Shown: positions 25,304 to 38,440 of the stretch, piece by piece
Numbering within the stretch: position 1 is the first letter of the stretch
How the letters are laid out: the number at the start of each line of letters is the position of its first letter
Assembly (NCBI GenBank): GCA_003427395.1
Contig: BFEA01000034.1
Span: forward strand, 575,546-633,165
DNA length: 57,620 nucleotides
Source of the DNA: Chara braunii
Taxonomy: Eukaryota > Plantae > Charophyceae
Direction of reading: 5' to 3'
The notes under the pieces: generated by a model
Told to the model about the DNA's origin: nothing
The model's input: the letters and a program-made list of their open reading frames with translations, nothing else
Database searches by the model: none
Translations under genes and position numbers: made by a program

Positions 25304-27102
25304 GGTCCCCCCTTGCACTGGAACAGATAGTTAGACTTGCCCTACGAGCACCACAAAGAGTAAATCCGTTGACCTGGCTGGAAAACCGTTTCTGGATTGT
25401 GCCACGCAGCCTACGAACAGATCGCGATCCACACCGAAACATAATCCGAGACACAATTCACTTGGACTTGGCAAAAGTCTGGCGACAACTTCCGCTATCT
25501 GACAAACCCCCACCGACTAGATGAGAGGAAGTGATGCGCCACCCCTTTATTTGGGAACAGGTGGATTAGAGACCGACACAGCAGGGTGCATTGCAGCTCA
25601 ACCAACCCGTGGTGTAACTCAGTCAAAAAGGGTATAACTAGAATAAAGGATATATGACACACAAGATAGAGAGACTGAAAAACGACACCGCAATTAAAGA
25701 TCATACTAAAGCATTGTCACAATGTAAAGGAGAATTTCAAATCGTTGATCTTTGCTATTCCCCTAGACTGGGTGCGGATCCTGCGCAAAGGAACGAGGTT
25801 GATAGAAGGAGATTGGGTAGATGTCCCAAAGAAACCGAAAAGTGTGGGTAACGTAGTGGAAGTACAATAAGACGAGACACTAGTTAACCTCTTCCACATA
25901 GGCAAGGAAAATGTCCTCAACCAATATAACTGAGATGGTGGAAAAATGAGGAACTGTGCAAGGTCCGAGTGCTACAAGATAAGGACGTATGGATTGCATA
26001 CCAGCCAAAAAACCTCGTGGCAGGGCTTCCCCTCGACTCAGAGGAATGGTAGTGGGCTTCGAAACAAAAACTCAGGTCGAAGGAAAGCCTGAAGCTGTAT
26101 AACTCAACGATAAAGCCTGCATACCGTTTGCTGCGACCAAAGGTGAACATAAAGGAAACGGTGAAGGCTCGATGAATGTCTCATTTCAATGTCGGAACAT
26201 AATAGTCCAACCTATCCGATGGTTTGCCACCACGAGGTTTAGGCCAACAACGATGGCCTCGTTGCAGTGGCAGATAGAGCATCATTGCCTCCCCACCAAC
26301 GACTGGTTGATAGACCGTACATACCTAGAGCAGCAGGGACGGGCGCAGCCGTGGAAAAAACTGTGCCACACTGTCTTCCCCTCCCTTAAAATCCCGAAAA
26401 CCATAGAGCACATATTCATGTAGTGTCGGGGGGGCAGTTCTTACATGGGGTTGGTAGGACAAGATCTGGGCACGGTTGGACACAGGGTCCAACTGGCCAT
26501 AGGAGTGGAGGGCCGTACTATGCGAAACATGAACCTCCCCCACTAATAGTACTTCTGAAAATAATATGTTTAAGTTGGGGAGGAGAGCAGTCATGTGGTC
26601 CCTCTGGAGAAAACATTGTGTACATGCTATTAAGGATGTCCGCATAGCGGGGAGGATGTGATAAGACAATATATTCAGCAAGATTTCATGATAACGTGGC
26701 AAAAAGTTAAAAACTAGGTTGATTTGTTTCACGCTGCAAAGGATATAACACAAACAATTCATCAATTCTCCGCGGACTGGTTGGAAAATGAAAATGGGGG
26801 CTGGATTGCTTCTGTCAGATGGGACGACAGACCCGCCCAAAAGTGCAACCAGGAGGACCTTAGAAGAGACTACCATATATGCTTCAAGGACTGTAATAAA
26901 GCGAAGAGGTTCACTCCCCTGCTCGGTTAATCCTCTAGACTCCAGAGCAATCAATGCTGGCAGGCGCTTCCTGATTCTCTCTCAGTTCATTCTGTACAAG
27001 GGACATTGGACCTGTTTTCCAGCAGGTGTTGCACCCCACCAATAGATAGAGCCCCCCCTAGGTGCCAGCGGTGCCAACCTTTGCCAGCACCCCTAACACA
27101 AG
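25304..27102 (+). mobile_element. 5'-truncated decayed LINE (ORF2 C-terminal part) inserted into the gypsy RT
   Basis: Direct repeat GGATGCAA at 25296-25303 and 27103-27110, and the gypsy RT reading (GCK|YFNKI...YYHIEVA) resumes after it. The interior encodes WRQL...PPPTR*EEVMRHP (compare EPTSKEEVLNQP in the 1-3 kb LINE) and a relic of the C-terminal zinc-finger motif (TIEHIFM*C). Confidence 0.7.
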
Positions 27103-28000
27103 GGATGCAAATACTTCAATAAGATTGTTATGACGTAAGTCAAGCTACTACCATATTGAGGTAGCCTTTAAGAATCAACACAAGACAGCGGCCAAAGCGC
27201 ATATAACCACAAACTTATACTTTTTTGCCTCAATATCACTGTTGCAATCTTCCAATGATGTTTGAATAAACTTTTCAAAGATAACACCTTAGTCCATAAC
27301 ACAACATTAGAAGACTTCAAGAAATATCACCAAATGATCTCACAAAGATTAAGAGAAGAAAATTTTAAAATCCATCGCAAAAAGTCAAAATTCGCTAACA
27401 TAAACTGAAAGAAAAACGATTGAGGCAAGAATAAAGGAAGATTGCTGCAATTCGATATAAACTCAGACCGAAAACTCTCACTGATCTATGCTCCTTATAA
27501 GATTAAAAAAATATTATAAAACGTTCGTTGCAAACTTTTCCATTTCCATTATAACTACACCAATGCATAAATTGTTGAAGAAAAGACATAGTTAGTTATG
27601 GTACAATACTTGTGAGTGGTCCTTTAAGAAGTTGAAATATGCTATAACTCACCATCCTCTCGAAAAGATTATTCCCATCCTTACCCTTCACTATTACCAT
27701 ACGTGCACGTCTATATGTGATTGAGCGAGATTTGCATCAAGATGTTGGGAAGGGTTACAATCATATTAAGTCTATATCCAAACGCTTACCCTTTGAAAAA
27801 AAGGGCGACACAACGTATGAGAGAGAATTGTATGCCCTCTTGGAGACAATAAACACATGGAAGCACTACTTTATGGACAAAACGTTTGAATTTTACTTAA
27901 CTATGAGATTTTGAAGTGACTCAAGATGTAACCACAATTGTGTGATAAATTAGCACCGAGGTCTGCTATTGTTCAAACCTTTTGACTTAAAGTCAAAGTC
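27103..28000 (+). pseudogene. Decayed Ty3/gypsy RT-RNaseH
   Basis: Motifs GCKYFNKI, YYHIEVAFKNQHKTA, LREENFKIHRKKSKF and TYERELYALLETINTWKHYF, with many stops and frameshifts. Confidence 0.88.
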
Positions 28001-29269
28001 AATCAAAGTTTTTTTTGTGTGTGACCATGCTCTAATCTATTTGTGGGAAGCAACACGTGTTAATCGGGAAGCAACACGCGTTAATCGGGTTTAGCATCCT
28101 TCATAAAAATAAAAAGAATACTTTATGATATCCCGGCTAGGCTAACACAGTGGCCCGGTGTCACTTCGTACACCCACGAATGATTTACAACCAGCATTGA
28201 AATCCTCGTTTCCCGTTTCTGCAGTAGCCAATAATGTTTTTGAACTAGGAATAATAGCGATATTCATGAGAACCTATTTGGGATTTTCTTTTACAAACTA
28301 CCAGCACAAACCCATCATCACCAACCTACCCCCCAGCTAAAAGGAAGAGGAGAGGACCAAACCTTTTCCGCTGTGGAAGCAGACTACCCGCTTGCCACTA
28401 TCTCTCGTCTTCCTCAACACAGCCTCATAATAGCTCAATCCTCCCTCTATTGCTGCCCTTAAACCCCTAAGCTATAACACTTCCCTCCAAGATGTTGCCA
28501 CTGCCGTAGAAATTCACCCCCCTCTCCTCGGAGGAAAGAGCATCCACAACCCTTGACCGGCCACCAGGAATGCCATCCTCCCTCACCAACCCCAAATTTA
28601 TCTGATAGGCCTCATGCTCCTGTAAACAATAAGTTACATGACAACACCTCAACACGGGCCAGTGTCGTTCTGGCGTCCACCAACCTTCTCCCAACTTCAC
28701 CTCGAATGATTGACAACCACTGGAGGCTGCCAGGGTTGACCAACGCTACAAAAACAAAAGCCAGGCCCCACGCCGAGTCATTTTGCCATTCATATAATGG
28801 TGGCCTAACTGCTGCCGGGCACAGTGAGGAGCGGGGAGAAGCTGGCCGCAGAGAAAGGAGCACGCTGGCCCAGAAAGGAGTGTGGTAGACGTAGCAAGGA
28901 GGGCACCCTGCCTCCATAGCTGTAGGAGAGCACCCTGCCTCCATAGCTGTAGGAGAGACAGGGCGAGGAAGAGGGTGATCAGGACTGTGAGGTGAGAAAT
29001 ATTGTGAGCGTGAGAAGTTCATACCTTGAGTTACCTGGACACTGGTGACACCAGAGCTGCTGCTGGTCGCATCAGGAGACCAACGACGGTTGTTGCCATC
29101 CTCCATGGCCAGCACTGACACGGGAGGTTAGGCACCATAACTGGTACCTGCAGTGGGACTTCACCAGTGGCTTATACAGACAGTCTTGCATTGCTGATGT
29201 GGCGAGCTGGTGGGGAGGACCACGGAGGCCAAGAGGGAAGAAAGAGTCGACTCAATTGTCTTCTTCCAA

Positions 29270-29690
29270 GGTGACTCGCTGCTTTGTGATGGAACTATGA
29301 CAGACCCTGCCTATCTCATGGTTGTCTACTCTCCAAGGTGACTCGCTGCATAAATTATTCTTCCACTTTCTCTCTTCATTGCTTGTCAAATTAATATTCC
29401 ACTTTCTCTCTCTCTCTCCATTGCTTGTCTACCTTTGCCTATCTCCTGGTGACTCGCTGCTTATGATGGAGCTTACATTCTTTTAACTCGCTTTTAGCAA
29501 TCCATTTGAGTGTATTCATGGGACTTGCATGGTCTATTGTGAAAGGTTTCTCAGTATGAACCGGCGTGACTCGCTGCTTATGATGGAACTTGCATTCTTT
29601 TAGCGTTCTTTCGGCGATCCATTTGAGCGCATTTGTGGGCATTGCATGTTCTCTTGTGAAAGCTTCTCAGTCTGAACCGGCTCATTACAA
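29270..29690. repeat. Diverged repeats anchored on ggtgactcgctgc (largest period about 118 bp)
   Basis: The motif occurs near 29270, 29337, 29448 and 29566. Confidence 0.75.
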
Positions 29691-29801
29691 CTGTTTGAGA
29701 GCCATATTCACCAGCAAGGAGTGACACAGACCTGGTTGGATGTTGTTCCAGAAAATCGGGCTCGAGGGTATCATGAATGGTCGCACTATAACTTTTCTTA
29801 A

Positions 29802-30003
29802 ACCACCAGTGCTTGGCCCAGCTATCGGCCAACAACACTTTCCCGTTACCGCGCCGCGCCTTTAGGGCTTCGGGGTACCGGACCACAATGGCTGGAAGCG
29901 CCAGCCAAAAAAAATTCAAAACGGTACCCCAGCGCTTCGGCGAAAATTGGCGCGCAGGGGCATTCCAGGCTCAGCATCGATAGCTGGGCCAAGTACTGGT
30001 GGT
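29802..30003. mobile_element. MITE with 26-bp TIRs, flanked by TTAA
   Basis: TTAA-accaccagtgcttggcccagctatcg ... cgatagctgggccaagtactggtggt-TTAA; the TIRs match at 25 of 26 positions. Confidence 0.9.
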
Positions 30004-30468
30004 TTAATGCATGTGACTGGAATTACGGCGAGACCTGGTTGCAATCGCATCCTTAGCTTAGTACAACAAACCCCCCCAGTGTGAGTACGCCCTGAACTAG
30101 AGATCCAATATAAAAATTCATGTACTAAATAGGTTTCCACCTCCATTCTGGCTTCACACCTGTCTGCTACTTGCATGACGTCTGTCCGCATAGGTCAGTG
30201 ATTGACAAAATGGCTCCGGGCTGCGGTCAATCTCGAGGCCAGAAATATTGTAGTTTTATCTTACTTCGGAATTGTTGTTTCACAAAGCAGGGAGGACTTT
30301 GGGTACAATAGGTACTACTGATATACCATGATGTTACAGCGAGGACTGGTCGAGTCAGCATATGGGTACAAGAGGTACATCTGGTATAGTATCATGATTT
30401 CACAGACAGGAGGACAAAGATCGCGGCTTCAGAGTTTATGATAGAACTCAGATCATGAATCCAAGCCT

Positions 30469-30544
30469 GCGGGCTTACCTCAGTTGGTAGGGCACAGAAG
30501 AAGTTGCAATCAGGAGTGCGTGGGTTCAATCCCCATTGACCTCA
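30469..30544 (+). pseudogene. Degenerate tRNA-like sequence (tRNA pseudogene or SINE head)
   Basis: A-box-like tacctcagttggtag and B-box/T-arm tgggttcaatcccca lie at tRNA spacing. The acceptor and anticodon stems pair poorly. Confidence 0.6.
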
Positions 30545-31235
30545 CGTACGTACCTGGGCACTCTTGGTGGTGTACCAGCTAGAGATAACCCGTTGGCTCC
30601 CACAGCCAGAATTGGCAGGACCATGGCCAAATATTGTTGGTTGCTATACACTGTACAGTGTATACGGTAATGATATTGGCCAAAGATGCTCGGCACTAGC
30701 ATATCATCGGTTTCCCCCGTCGATCATGAATCCTACGTGCAGACTCCTGGGTCACCTTTGTGAAGGCACATGGACACCAACTTCACGCCCATCACAGATA
30801 GATAAGAATATACTATACTGTGAAGAACAAAAGAACATCGACCCTGGCACCAAAGCAGTCCAAAGGATAATACTGAGATGTAAAATCAAGCGTGAGACAG
30901 AAAGATGCATGTCATTCACTGCAATTCACCCCTCAGTGTGCTGTCATTAGACGGAATTTAGAACTTAACTTATTTTGAGGTGATCTTCTTCATCGAACTC
31001 TCATGACCCTCTTTGCTCACTTGAACCATAGCATTTTTCTGCAAATCTCACCTATTTCCTCTGGTGCTGTTGTGTTCCCCCCAACATAACACATCCTGAT
31101 TCTGAATGTACACAAGCCATCTTTCCATTTGGCCGCAGTCATAATGACGGCGTGTTGTATTCGTCTGGTGGCTTAAGGGCATGAGCATGATCGATTCATA
31201 CTTCATAATCGAAAAGAGTAAGCAACATTTTTTTA

Positions 31236-31541
31236 ACCACCAGTGATTCCCCGAAGGACGACAGTGCGCATGCCAAAAATGTACGGGTGCGCAGCAAGGA
31301 CTAGCTCGTTCATGACGAACCATCACAAAACTCCGGCGCGAGCTGGGAGACTGATCTACCATGCAAACTTTTTCAACAAATTTGTCCAGCACCGGATTTT
31401 TCGGATGAACAGTGACATAATCAGACCAAAATGCCTGACGGCTCCCGCCACTACAAGAACGACCTCCAGCGCAGCTCGAATTTTTTGACGCCCAGCAAAA
31501 ATCCACCATGGAACGCACAATTTTGAAGAGTTACTGGTGGG
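31236..31541. mobile_element. Older MITE of the ACCACCAGT-terminus family
   Basis: ttta-accaccagtgattc ... gagttactggtggg-tctaa. Confidence 0.6.
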
Positions 31542-32058
31542 TCTAATAAGAGGGCCCTCAAAAAAGTTTAGTCAGACAAATCCATCATACTGTGATCAGC
31601 TGAAGCACAACTTGAAGCATAAGGCCACCACATTGGCCTCAATCTAGGCCCAAGCATAGACCTCAATATAGCCCCAAACACAGGCCTTGCCAAATTGGCT
31701 AATACTAGAAGGTTGATGCAAAGTGTTCCACCAAATTCCAGAGAATTTCATTATCTATTCTATATAACTATTAAAGAAAGGATAGGGCCCCATTAGACAC
31801 TGCCCCTGGGCCCAGGACAATGATGCCCGCAAGTCGGTTGCATGGGACAGACGTAGTGCCCCATTTCGTACCTTTTTCTTTTTTGGGCGGGCGGGCCTGA
31901 CGGGCGTTCGTACGTTTTTTTTTCGGGGGCACTTGTTACAGTTGGTGTTGGCACGACTTTATGAACAGGATCTATTTTCGCTGCGAGTTTGTTTCGCGTG
32001 TCGCCGCTCCGTCGATTGCAGAAAGCGTTGTCCAGCAGGTGTCAAGCAGATTCAACCA

Positions 32059-32425
32059 GGCAGTGTATATTTCCATGTTTTAGCTGAAGATTCTTCGATT
32101 TTGCTTATCCTATCGATGGAAGTAGCATGAGGTCAGCCGCGAGGTTGAAGACTTACCCGTTCTCTCTCTCTGTCTCACACACACACAACAAAGGAACATA
32201 AATGACACTGTATATTTCCATGTTCTAGCGGAAGATTCATTCCGATTTTGCTCATCCTATTGATCGAAGTAGCCTCTCTCTATTAATCGGAGTAGCCCCT
32301 CTCTATTGATCGATTCAGACCAAAGGAACAGAAGTGGCACTGTATATTTCCATGCTGTAGTGGAAGACTCAGATCATCCTATCGATGGAAGTAGCCTCTC
32401 TCTCTCTCTTTGCGTGCATGGCTGG

Positions 32426-32485
<60 letters not shown>

Positions 32486-32811
32486 NNNNNNNNNNNNNNN
32501 NNNNNNNNNNNNNNNNNNNNNNNNNNNNNNNNNNNNNNNNNNNNNNNNNNNNNNNNNNNNNNNNNNNNNNNNNNNNNNNNNNNNNNNNNNNNNNNNNNNN
32601 NNNNNNNNNNNNNNNNNNNNNNNNNNNNNNNNNNNNNNNNNNNNNNNNNNNNNNNNNNNNNNNNNNNNNNNNNNNNNNNNNNNNNNNNNNNNNNNNNNNN
32701 NNNNNNNNNNNNNNNNNNNNNNNNNNNNNNNNNNNNNNNNNNNNNNNNNNNNNNNNNNNNNNNNNNNNNNNNNNNNNNNNNNNNNNNNNNNNNNNNNNNN
32801 NNNNNNNNNNN

Positions 32812-32870
<59 letters not shown>

Positions 32871-33944
32871 ACACGCACACAAACAAACCAGTTTGGCAGT
32901 GTATATTTCCATTTTCTAGCGGTAGATTCATCCGATTTTGCTCACCCTATAGATGGAAGTAGCGTGAGGCCAGCCGGGAGGTTGGAGACTTACCTGGAGG
33001 GAGATCCCACTACGGAGATATGTGGATTAGTGGAGAAGCTGTGCGACTCCCGACGTCCTTAGATTGGAATGGCGATCGGCGGCGGTTTGTGTTTTTTTCT
33101 ATTTAGGTGGGGATACATACGATGTTATGTGGCCCCCCATTGGACGGTTTATTTTCTTTATTTTTAGAGGCAGTCCTTTGGGGGTAGCGAATGTGTGTGA
33201 AAATCTTACCAAGTTTTCTGGTGCTGATTTCCACACACCCCCCACTCACGTTTTGGTGGTAGCCCATGTGTGGAAGAGAGGCCGAAATTGACAATGTGGG
33301 AGGTGTTTTGGGAGGATTCGATCACCTCACCTACCGCAAATATAGCATAGAGTTACTCTGACATCTCTCAGAGCAAAGGACCAGAGTGCTCTGTGGCCCA
33401 TTTCAAGGAAGGCTCAGACTTCTGTAAATGAATATGGTCCGCTTGTACGCTCACATGCAGTCATCTGACACGCTGCCTGGATGAGACAGGATCTGTGGGA
33501 AGAGCACTTCCTTCTCTTCTTTCGCATTTCTCTCTTCATTTTTTTTGTCAAGATATGGTTTTTCGTTTTTATTTTACCTATTTTACTCTGCCGCCCACCC
33601 ATCCCCCACCTGTCCCACACACATCACACTAATCCAAATACATGGTAGTGGGATCTCCCTCCTGTTCCCAAAAAATGTGGCAGTGTATATTTCCATGTTC
33701 TGGCTGAAGATTCATTCCGATTTTGCTCATCCTACACACACACACACGCACCACCATCGCCACGGTTCACCAAATGAGCAAAATGGGATTCTGGGAGTAT
33801 CCACTGCCACAACATGGCAATATACACTGCCAAAGAACGAAAATGTGGAAGTGTATATTTCCATGTTCTAGTGACAGATTCGTTCCCATTTTTCAATCTC
33901 TCTCTATATTTCCATGTTCTAGTGACAGATTCGTTCCCATTTTT

Positions 33945-33950
<6 letters not shown>
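32059..33950. repeat. Dispersed ~70-bp repeat interleaved with (CT)n and (CA)n microsatellites
   Basis: ggcagtgtatatttccatgttctagcggaagattcatccgattttgctcatcctatcgatggaagtagc recurs near 32059, 32204, 32336, 32895, 33679, 33849 and 33905. There is one inverted copy at about 33801-33834. Confidence 0.85.
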
Positions 33951-34006
<56 letters not shown>

Positions 34007-34956
34007 NNNNNNNNNNNNNNNNNNNNNNNNNNNNNNNNNNNNNNNNNNNNNNNNNNNNNNNNNNNNNNNNNNNNNNNNNNNNNNNNNNNNNNNNNNNNNN
34101 NNNNNNNNNNNNNNNNNNNNNNNNNNNNNNNNNNNNNNNNNNNNNNNNNNNNNNNNNNNNNNNNNNNNNNNNNNNNNNNNNNNNNNNNNNNNNNNNNNNN
34201 NNNNNNNNNNNNNNNNNNNNNNNNNNNNNNNNNNNNNNNNNNNNNNNNNNNNNNNNNNNNNNNNNNNNNNNNNNNNNNNNNNNNNNNNNNNNNNNNNNNN
34301 NNNNNNNNNNNNNNNNNNNNNNNNNNNNNNNNNNNNNNNNNNNNNNNNNNNNNNNNNNNNNNNNNNNNNNNNNNNNNNNNNNNNNNNNNNNNNNNNNNNN
34401 NNNNNNNNNNNNNNNNNNNNNNNNNNNNNNNNNNNNNNNNNNNNNNNNNNNNNNNNNNNNNNNNNNNNNNNNNNNNNNNNNNNNNNNNNNNNNNNNNNNN
34501 NNNNNNNNNNNNNNNNNNNNNNNNNNNNNNNNNNNNNNNNNNNNNNNNNNNNNNNNNNNNNNNNNNNNNNNNNNNNNNNNNNNNNNNNNNNNNNNNNNNN
34601 NNNNNNNNNNNNNNNNNNNNNNNNNNNNNNNNNNNNNNNNNNNNNNNNNNNNNNNNNNNNNNNNNNNNNNNNNNNNNNNNNNNNNNNNNNNNNNNNNNNN
34701 NNNNNNNNNNNNNNNNNNNNNNNNNNNNNNNNNNNNNNNNNNNNNNNNNNNNNNNNNNNNNNNNNNNNNNNNNNNNNNNNNNNNNNNNNNNNNNNNNNNN
34801 NNNNNNNNNNNNNNNNNNNNNNNNNNNNNNNNNNNNNNNNNNNNNNNNNNNNNNNNNNNNNNNNNNNNNNNNNNNNNNNNNNNNNNNNNNNNNNNNNNNN
34901 NNNNNNNNNNNNNNNNNNNNNNNNNNNNNNNNNNNNNNNNNNNNNNNNNNNNNNNN

Positions 34957-35021
<65 letters not shown>

Positions 35022-35370
35022 AAATGGGGCTCAGGAGATACTGTTCTGAAGGAGATACAGCATGAGAAGGTGGGCAGTCTCATAAGAAAACAGGCAACGT
35101 TAGAACTAAACAAAGCATCAAGTGGGCAACATTGGAACTGCACAAAGCATCAAGCATGGGACACCCAAAAGATTCCTCCTACATGCCTGAATATGACCCT
35201 CTGCAATTTCTATACATAACTTGCATAAGACACTCGCCGGAGGCCCCTTATAAGGTGGTGAAAGAGCAACCTTGAACTGGCAGAAATCCATGTCCATGAG
35301 CAATTGCGCAAATGATGGTAACCACACTAGTATTTGGTGCTTGTACACTTGCTCTATTCTAAGGACGAGC

Positions 35371-35484
35371 CTACCGTCTTGACCCGAATAGAACGCCCGG
35401 TGATTATCGCTACATGTGGACCGAAAGTTGTGCCAAAAAATACAGCTATAATGACCGCGCGTTCTATTTGGGTGAAGACGGTAG
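35371..35484. other. Long imperfect foldback (42-bp stem, about 30-nt loop), pre-miRNA-like
   Basis: 35371-35412 (ctaccgtcttgacccgaatagaacgcccggtgattatcgcta) matches the reverse complement of 35443-35484 (ctaccgtcttcacccaaatagaacgcgcggtcattatagctg) at 36 of 42 positions. Confidence 0.85.
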
Positions 35485-37059
35485 CTGCAATGTGCTTTTC
35501 CTCTGAACAGCAGCAGTGTGTCATTCAACCAGTTCTCCTCCAGTGCCAGTTTTTCTACGCATTCTCTGCTTGAACTTGTGTGGACTTATTTTATTAGACA
35601 CAGCCTTAGAGACGACACTCGCCCCCAACATGCCAAAATCTCATATGCAGAAAACGACAGGGCTCAGTCCTCGGGATAGAATGGGAGTCCATTTTAGTCC
35701 CCATGCTTCAGCTGTGTTTCTGCACTGGTTTTGCACAAGGCACTGGGCCCGTAACAAACAAAGGATACGCATTTCATTTTAGAAAACCAAAGAAAGAAAC
35801 CCCTTGAGAACTAGTATATCACCGTTTCGCTTTCACACTGCAGTGCTACACCTTTTCCTCAGGTTTTCCTCCACATTCACTTTTCTTAGACATGTCTGTT
35901 TGAACTCTTCACAATAATTCGTACACAAATAAGGAACCCATCAAAACTCCAAAACAACTGCATCGCACGTCCCCACCAACTTTGAAAAACCTGTTTCTCT
36001 CTTTTACTTGTTTCACTGTTCCCCTTTCGCAAGTCCTCAACTGTTTTTTTCTCAGTTTGCTTTCACGATGCTTCAGTGCCATCGAAGTCGGAACGCACCT
36101 CAGGTGAAACAGAATTGTGCATACAGAACAGATGGCCATCCCCGGCATAAAGAGGACCAGCCCGATGAGACCGTCACGTGACCGCCGGTAACAACAATGC
36201 AGAAGTTACCAAGGCAGGACGCCGTACTGGAAGCGGTCAGAAAGAATAGTGCATGGCATGTTCAGACAGATCAGCTGTAGCATTTCAGAGTCAAGTCCAT
36301 CAAAATGCATTTTTTGATGGAGGAAATCATAACAAAATCAATCGAGCTGATAGGATTTCCGGTGTGTGGGATGAATTCCCACCGCCCTCCCATCTCATGG
36401 GTACGGGGCACTCACAGCCCACAGCTCCGGAGTGTAATCGCGTGTACATCCATCCGATGCAAAAGGCTAGATAGATGGTCCTCCTTTGGAAAAGGGTGCA
36501 TGCAACTACTGCATGCTAGGCCCCAAATCTTGTTTCGTTTTGTCTACTACTATAAAATGGCGCACGTTGCGTCAAGATTGCCCTGACAGTCTCCAAACAT
36601 TAAATTCCTTGGCAGTCTCCAAAGATTCAATTCCTTCGGTAGCATCAGCGATCGAGCCCGTCCAACTAGTCCATACGAGTACCCAGGTGCTTGCACAAGT
36701 ACCCACCCACCCAAGACTCTTGCCTAGCTTGAAAACTTGTGCCCCCTTTCCCCACTTCACCATACGCTTGGCCAGTTTGTTTGCACTGCATCTTGCTTCT
36801 GACGAGGACTCACTGCAGAGTCTATCACAAGTGCTACTGAGGATCTCCCCTGCATCATCTTCCACAGCAGCTGCCTTGACAGCTTTCCACCTCAAACCCA
36901 GTCTTTTATTCACCGCTCCGTGACCCTCGCAGGCTTCGTAAGCATGGCAGGGTCACACAGGTTCCGCATAGAAACTAACCATTGATCTCCCAGGCGTCAA
37001 TTCACACACAGCTTCGGCTGCCATGCCAAGTATCAACAGGCACACTATCGGCATGCGAC

Positions 37060-37443
37060 TATGCTGCATCTGCTCAGCTCATGCTCCCTCCGGCGGTAGG
37101 GCAAAGTGAGGTCACACAGGTTACATGATCTCCCTACCCTCCTGCCGTCAATCACCTGGTAAGAGCTCTCCGGTGCTACTAACGTCACGAACACTGCCAA
37201 GACCTCTCCGGTGCAGCAGCATCCAATACATACGCGAATCATCCATATCCATACTCGTGCTATGAAATCGAATAGGGTCACCGTAACAACAAGACACTAC
37301 ACCACCTATTCATCGCCGCACTTAAGCACAGCAACCGCCCCTTACCTTCCCAAAGTGTCCACTCTCATTTACGGAACCAAATGCTGCCTCTGCATGCCGG
37401 TAACGTAAAAAGAGACTCCATCTCCTACCATTCTCCTCCGACC

Positions 37444-37492
<49 letters not shown>

Positions 37493-38440
37493 ACAGACAC
37501 ATACCATGATTACAAAGTTGCCCACTCATTATGCACTAGTTTTCTGTGCCACCACCTCAACAAAGCATTCTTATCCAAGTTGTCTTTCCACACTGCTCTA
37601 TCAACTACAGCATAAAGTGCAACAGGCAATTTCGATTCCCGGAAGGAGGAAGACACTATCAGAAGTTGCTGTTGAGAGCTTTGTGGCTAGCAGCACACAG
37701 GCCCCTCCTTGCAACTAACCGCATTCCCAGGTGTCCCTTGGCACAAGCTTCGACTGCCATTGGTGTCCTGCCTGCACAGCCAACTCTGTCACACACTGTG
37801 GGCATGTGACACTGCAGCAGCTGCTTAGTCATGCTCCCTCCAACTTCAGGGAAAATGTGAGATCACACAGATTACCTGCTCACACTACCCTCCTGCCATT
37901 GCGCTCCGAAGATCTCCATTGCGAGATGTCATGGATACAGCCAACGTGCAGCAACATCCAGATATATATACTTCCACAAATCAATATTCTCCTGCTAAAC
38001 CATGCAGGGTCATCCTAACGACAAGACAAGACACAACATGACACTAACCTATTCATCCCCAGTTTGTAACTTCAGCTGCCAGTTCCCAAAGTGCGCTCTC
38101 TCAGCCATTCCATGAAAAAAAAATGCTGCCTCCACACAGCAACATACCATGAGGAGCCTCTGTCTGCTCCCCTTTTCCTCAGACTCTCCTCTCTGGTCCT
38201 GCACATGCATGCATTATCATGATGACAGAGTTGCCCACTCAGTATATCCACTAGGTACCGAGACAAATATTCGTCAATCACAGCCCTCATCCTAGACCAC
38301 CACACCTAAACAGACCAAGTTGTGCCAATGCTGTGTACTTCAGTGCTGCTCAGCCAACTACAGCACGCGATTTTAATTCAGGGACGGAAAGAAGACACTG
38401 CCTGAGCTTGCTGTTGAGGGTTGTGTGACGCAGCAGCACA
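37060..38440. repeat. Old diverged tandem duplication, period about 740 bp
   Basis: Collinear shared blocks (catgctccctcc, ctaccctcctgcc, gtgcagca.catcca, acctattcatc, cccaaagtg, aaatgctgcctc, gttgcccactca, gaagacact) occur in 37060-37700 and 37810-38440. Confidence 0.8.

Noticed and set aside
30469-30544. Functional tRNA gene
   Set aside because: The acceptor and anticodon stems do not pair; kept only as a degenerate tRNA-like relic.
33801-33834. Resemblance of tggcagtgtatattg (minus strand) to the T-DNA border TGGCAGGATATATTG
   Set aside because: Partial match only, lacks the rest of the 25-bp border, and is part of a local repeat module.
36799-36830. Hammerhead-like CTGACGAG plus stem (also CTGATGAG at 48742)
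   Set aside because: No GAAA after stem II and no supporting stems I and III.
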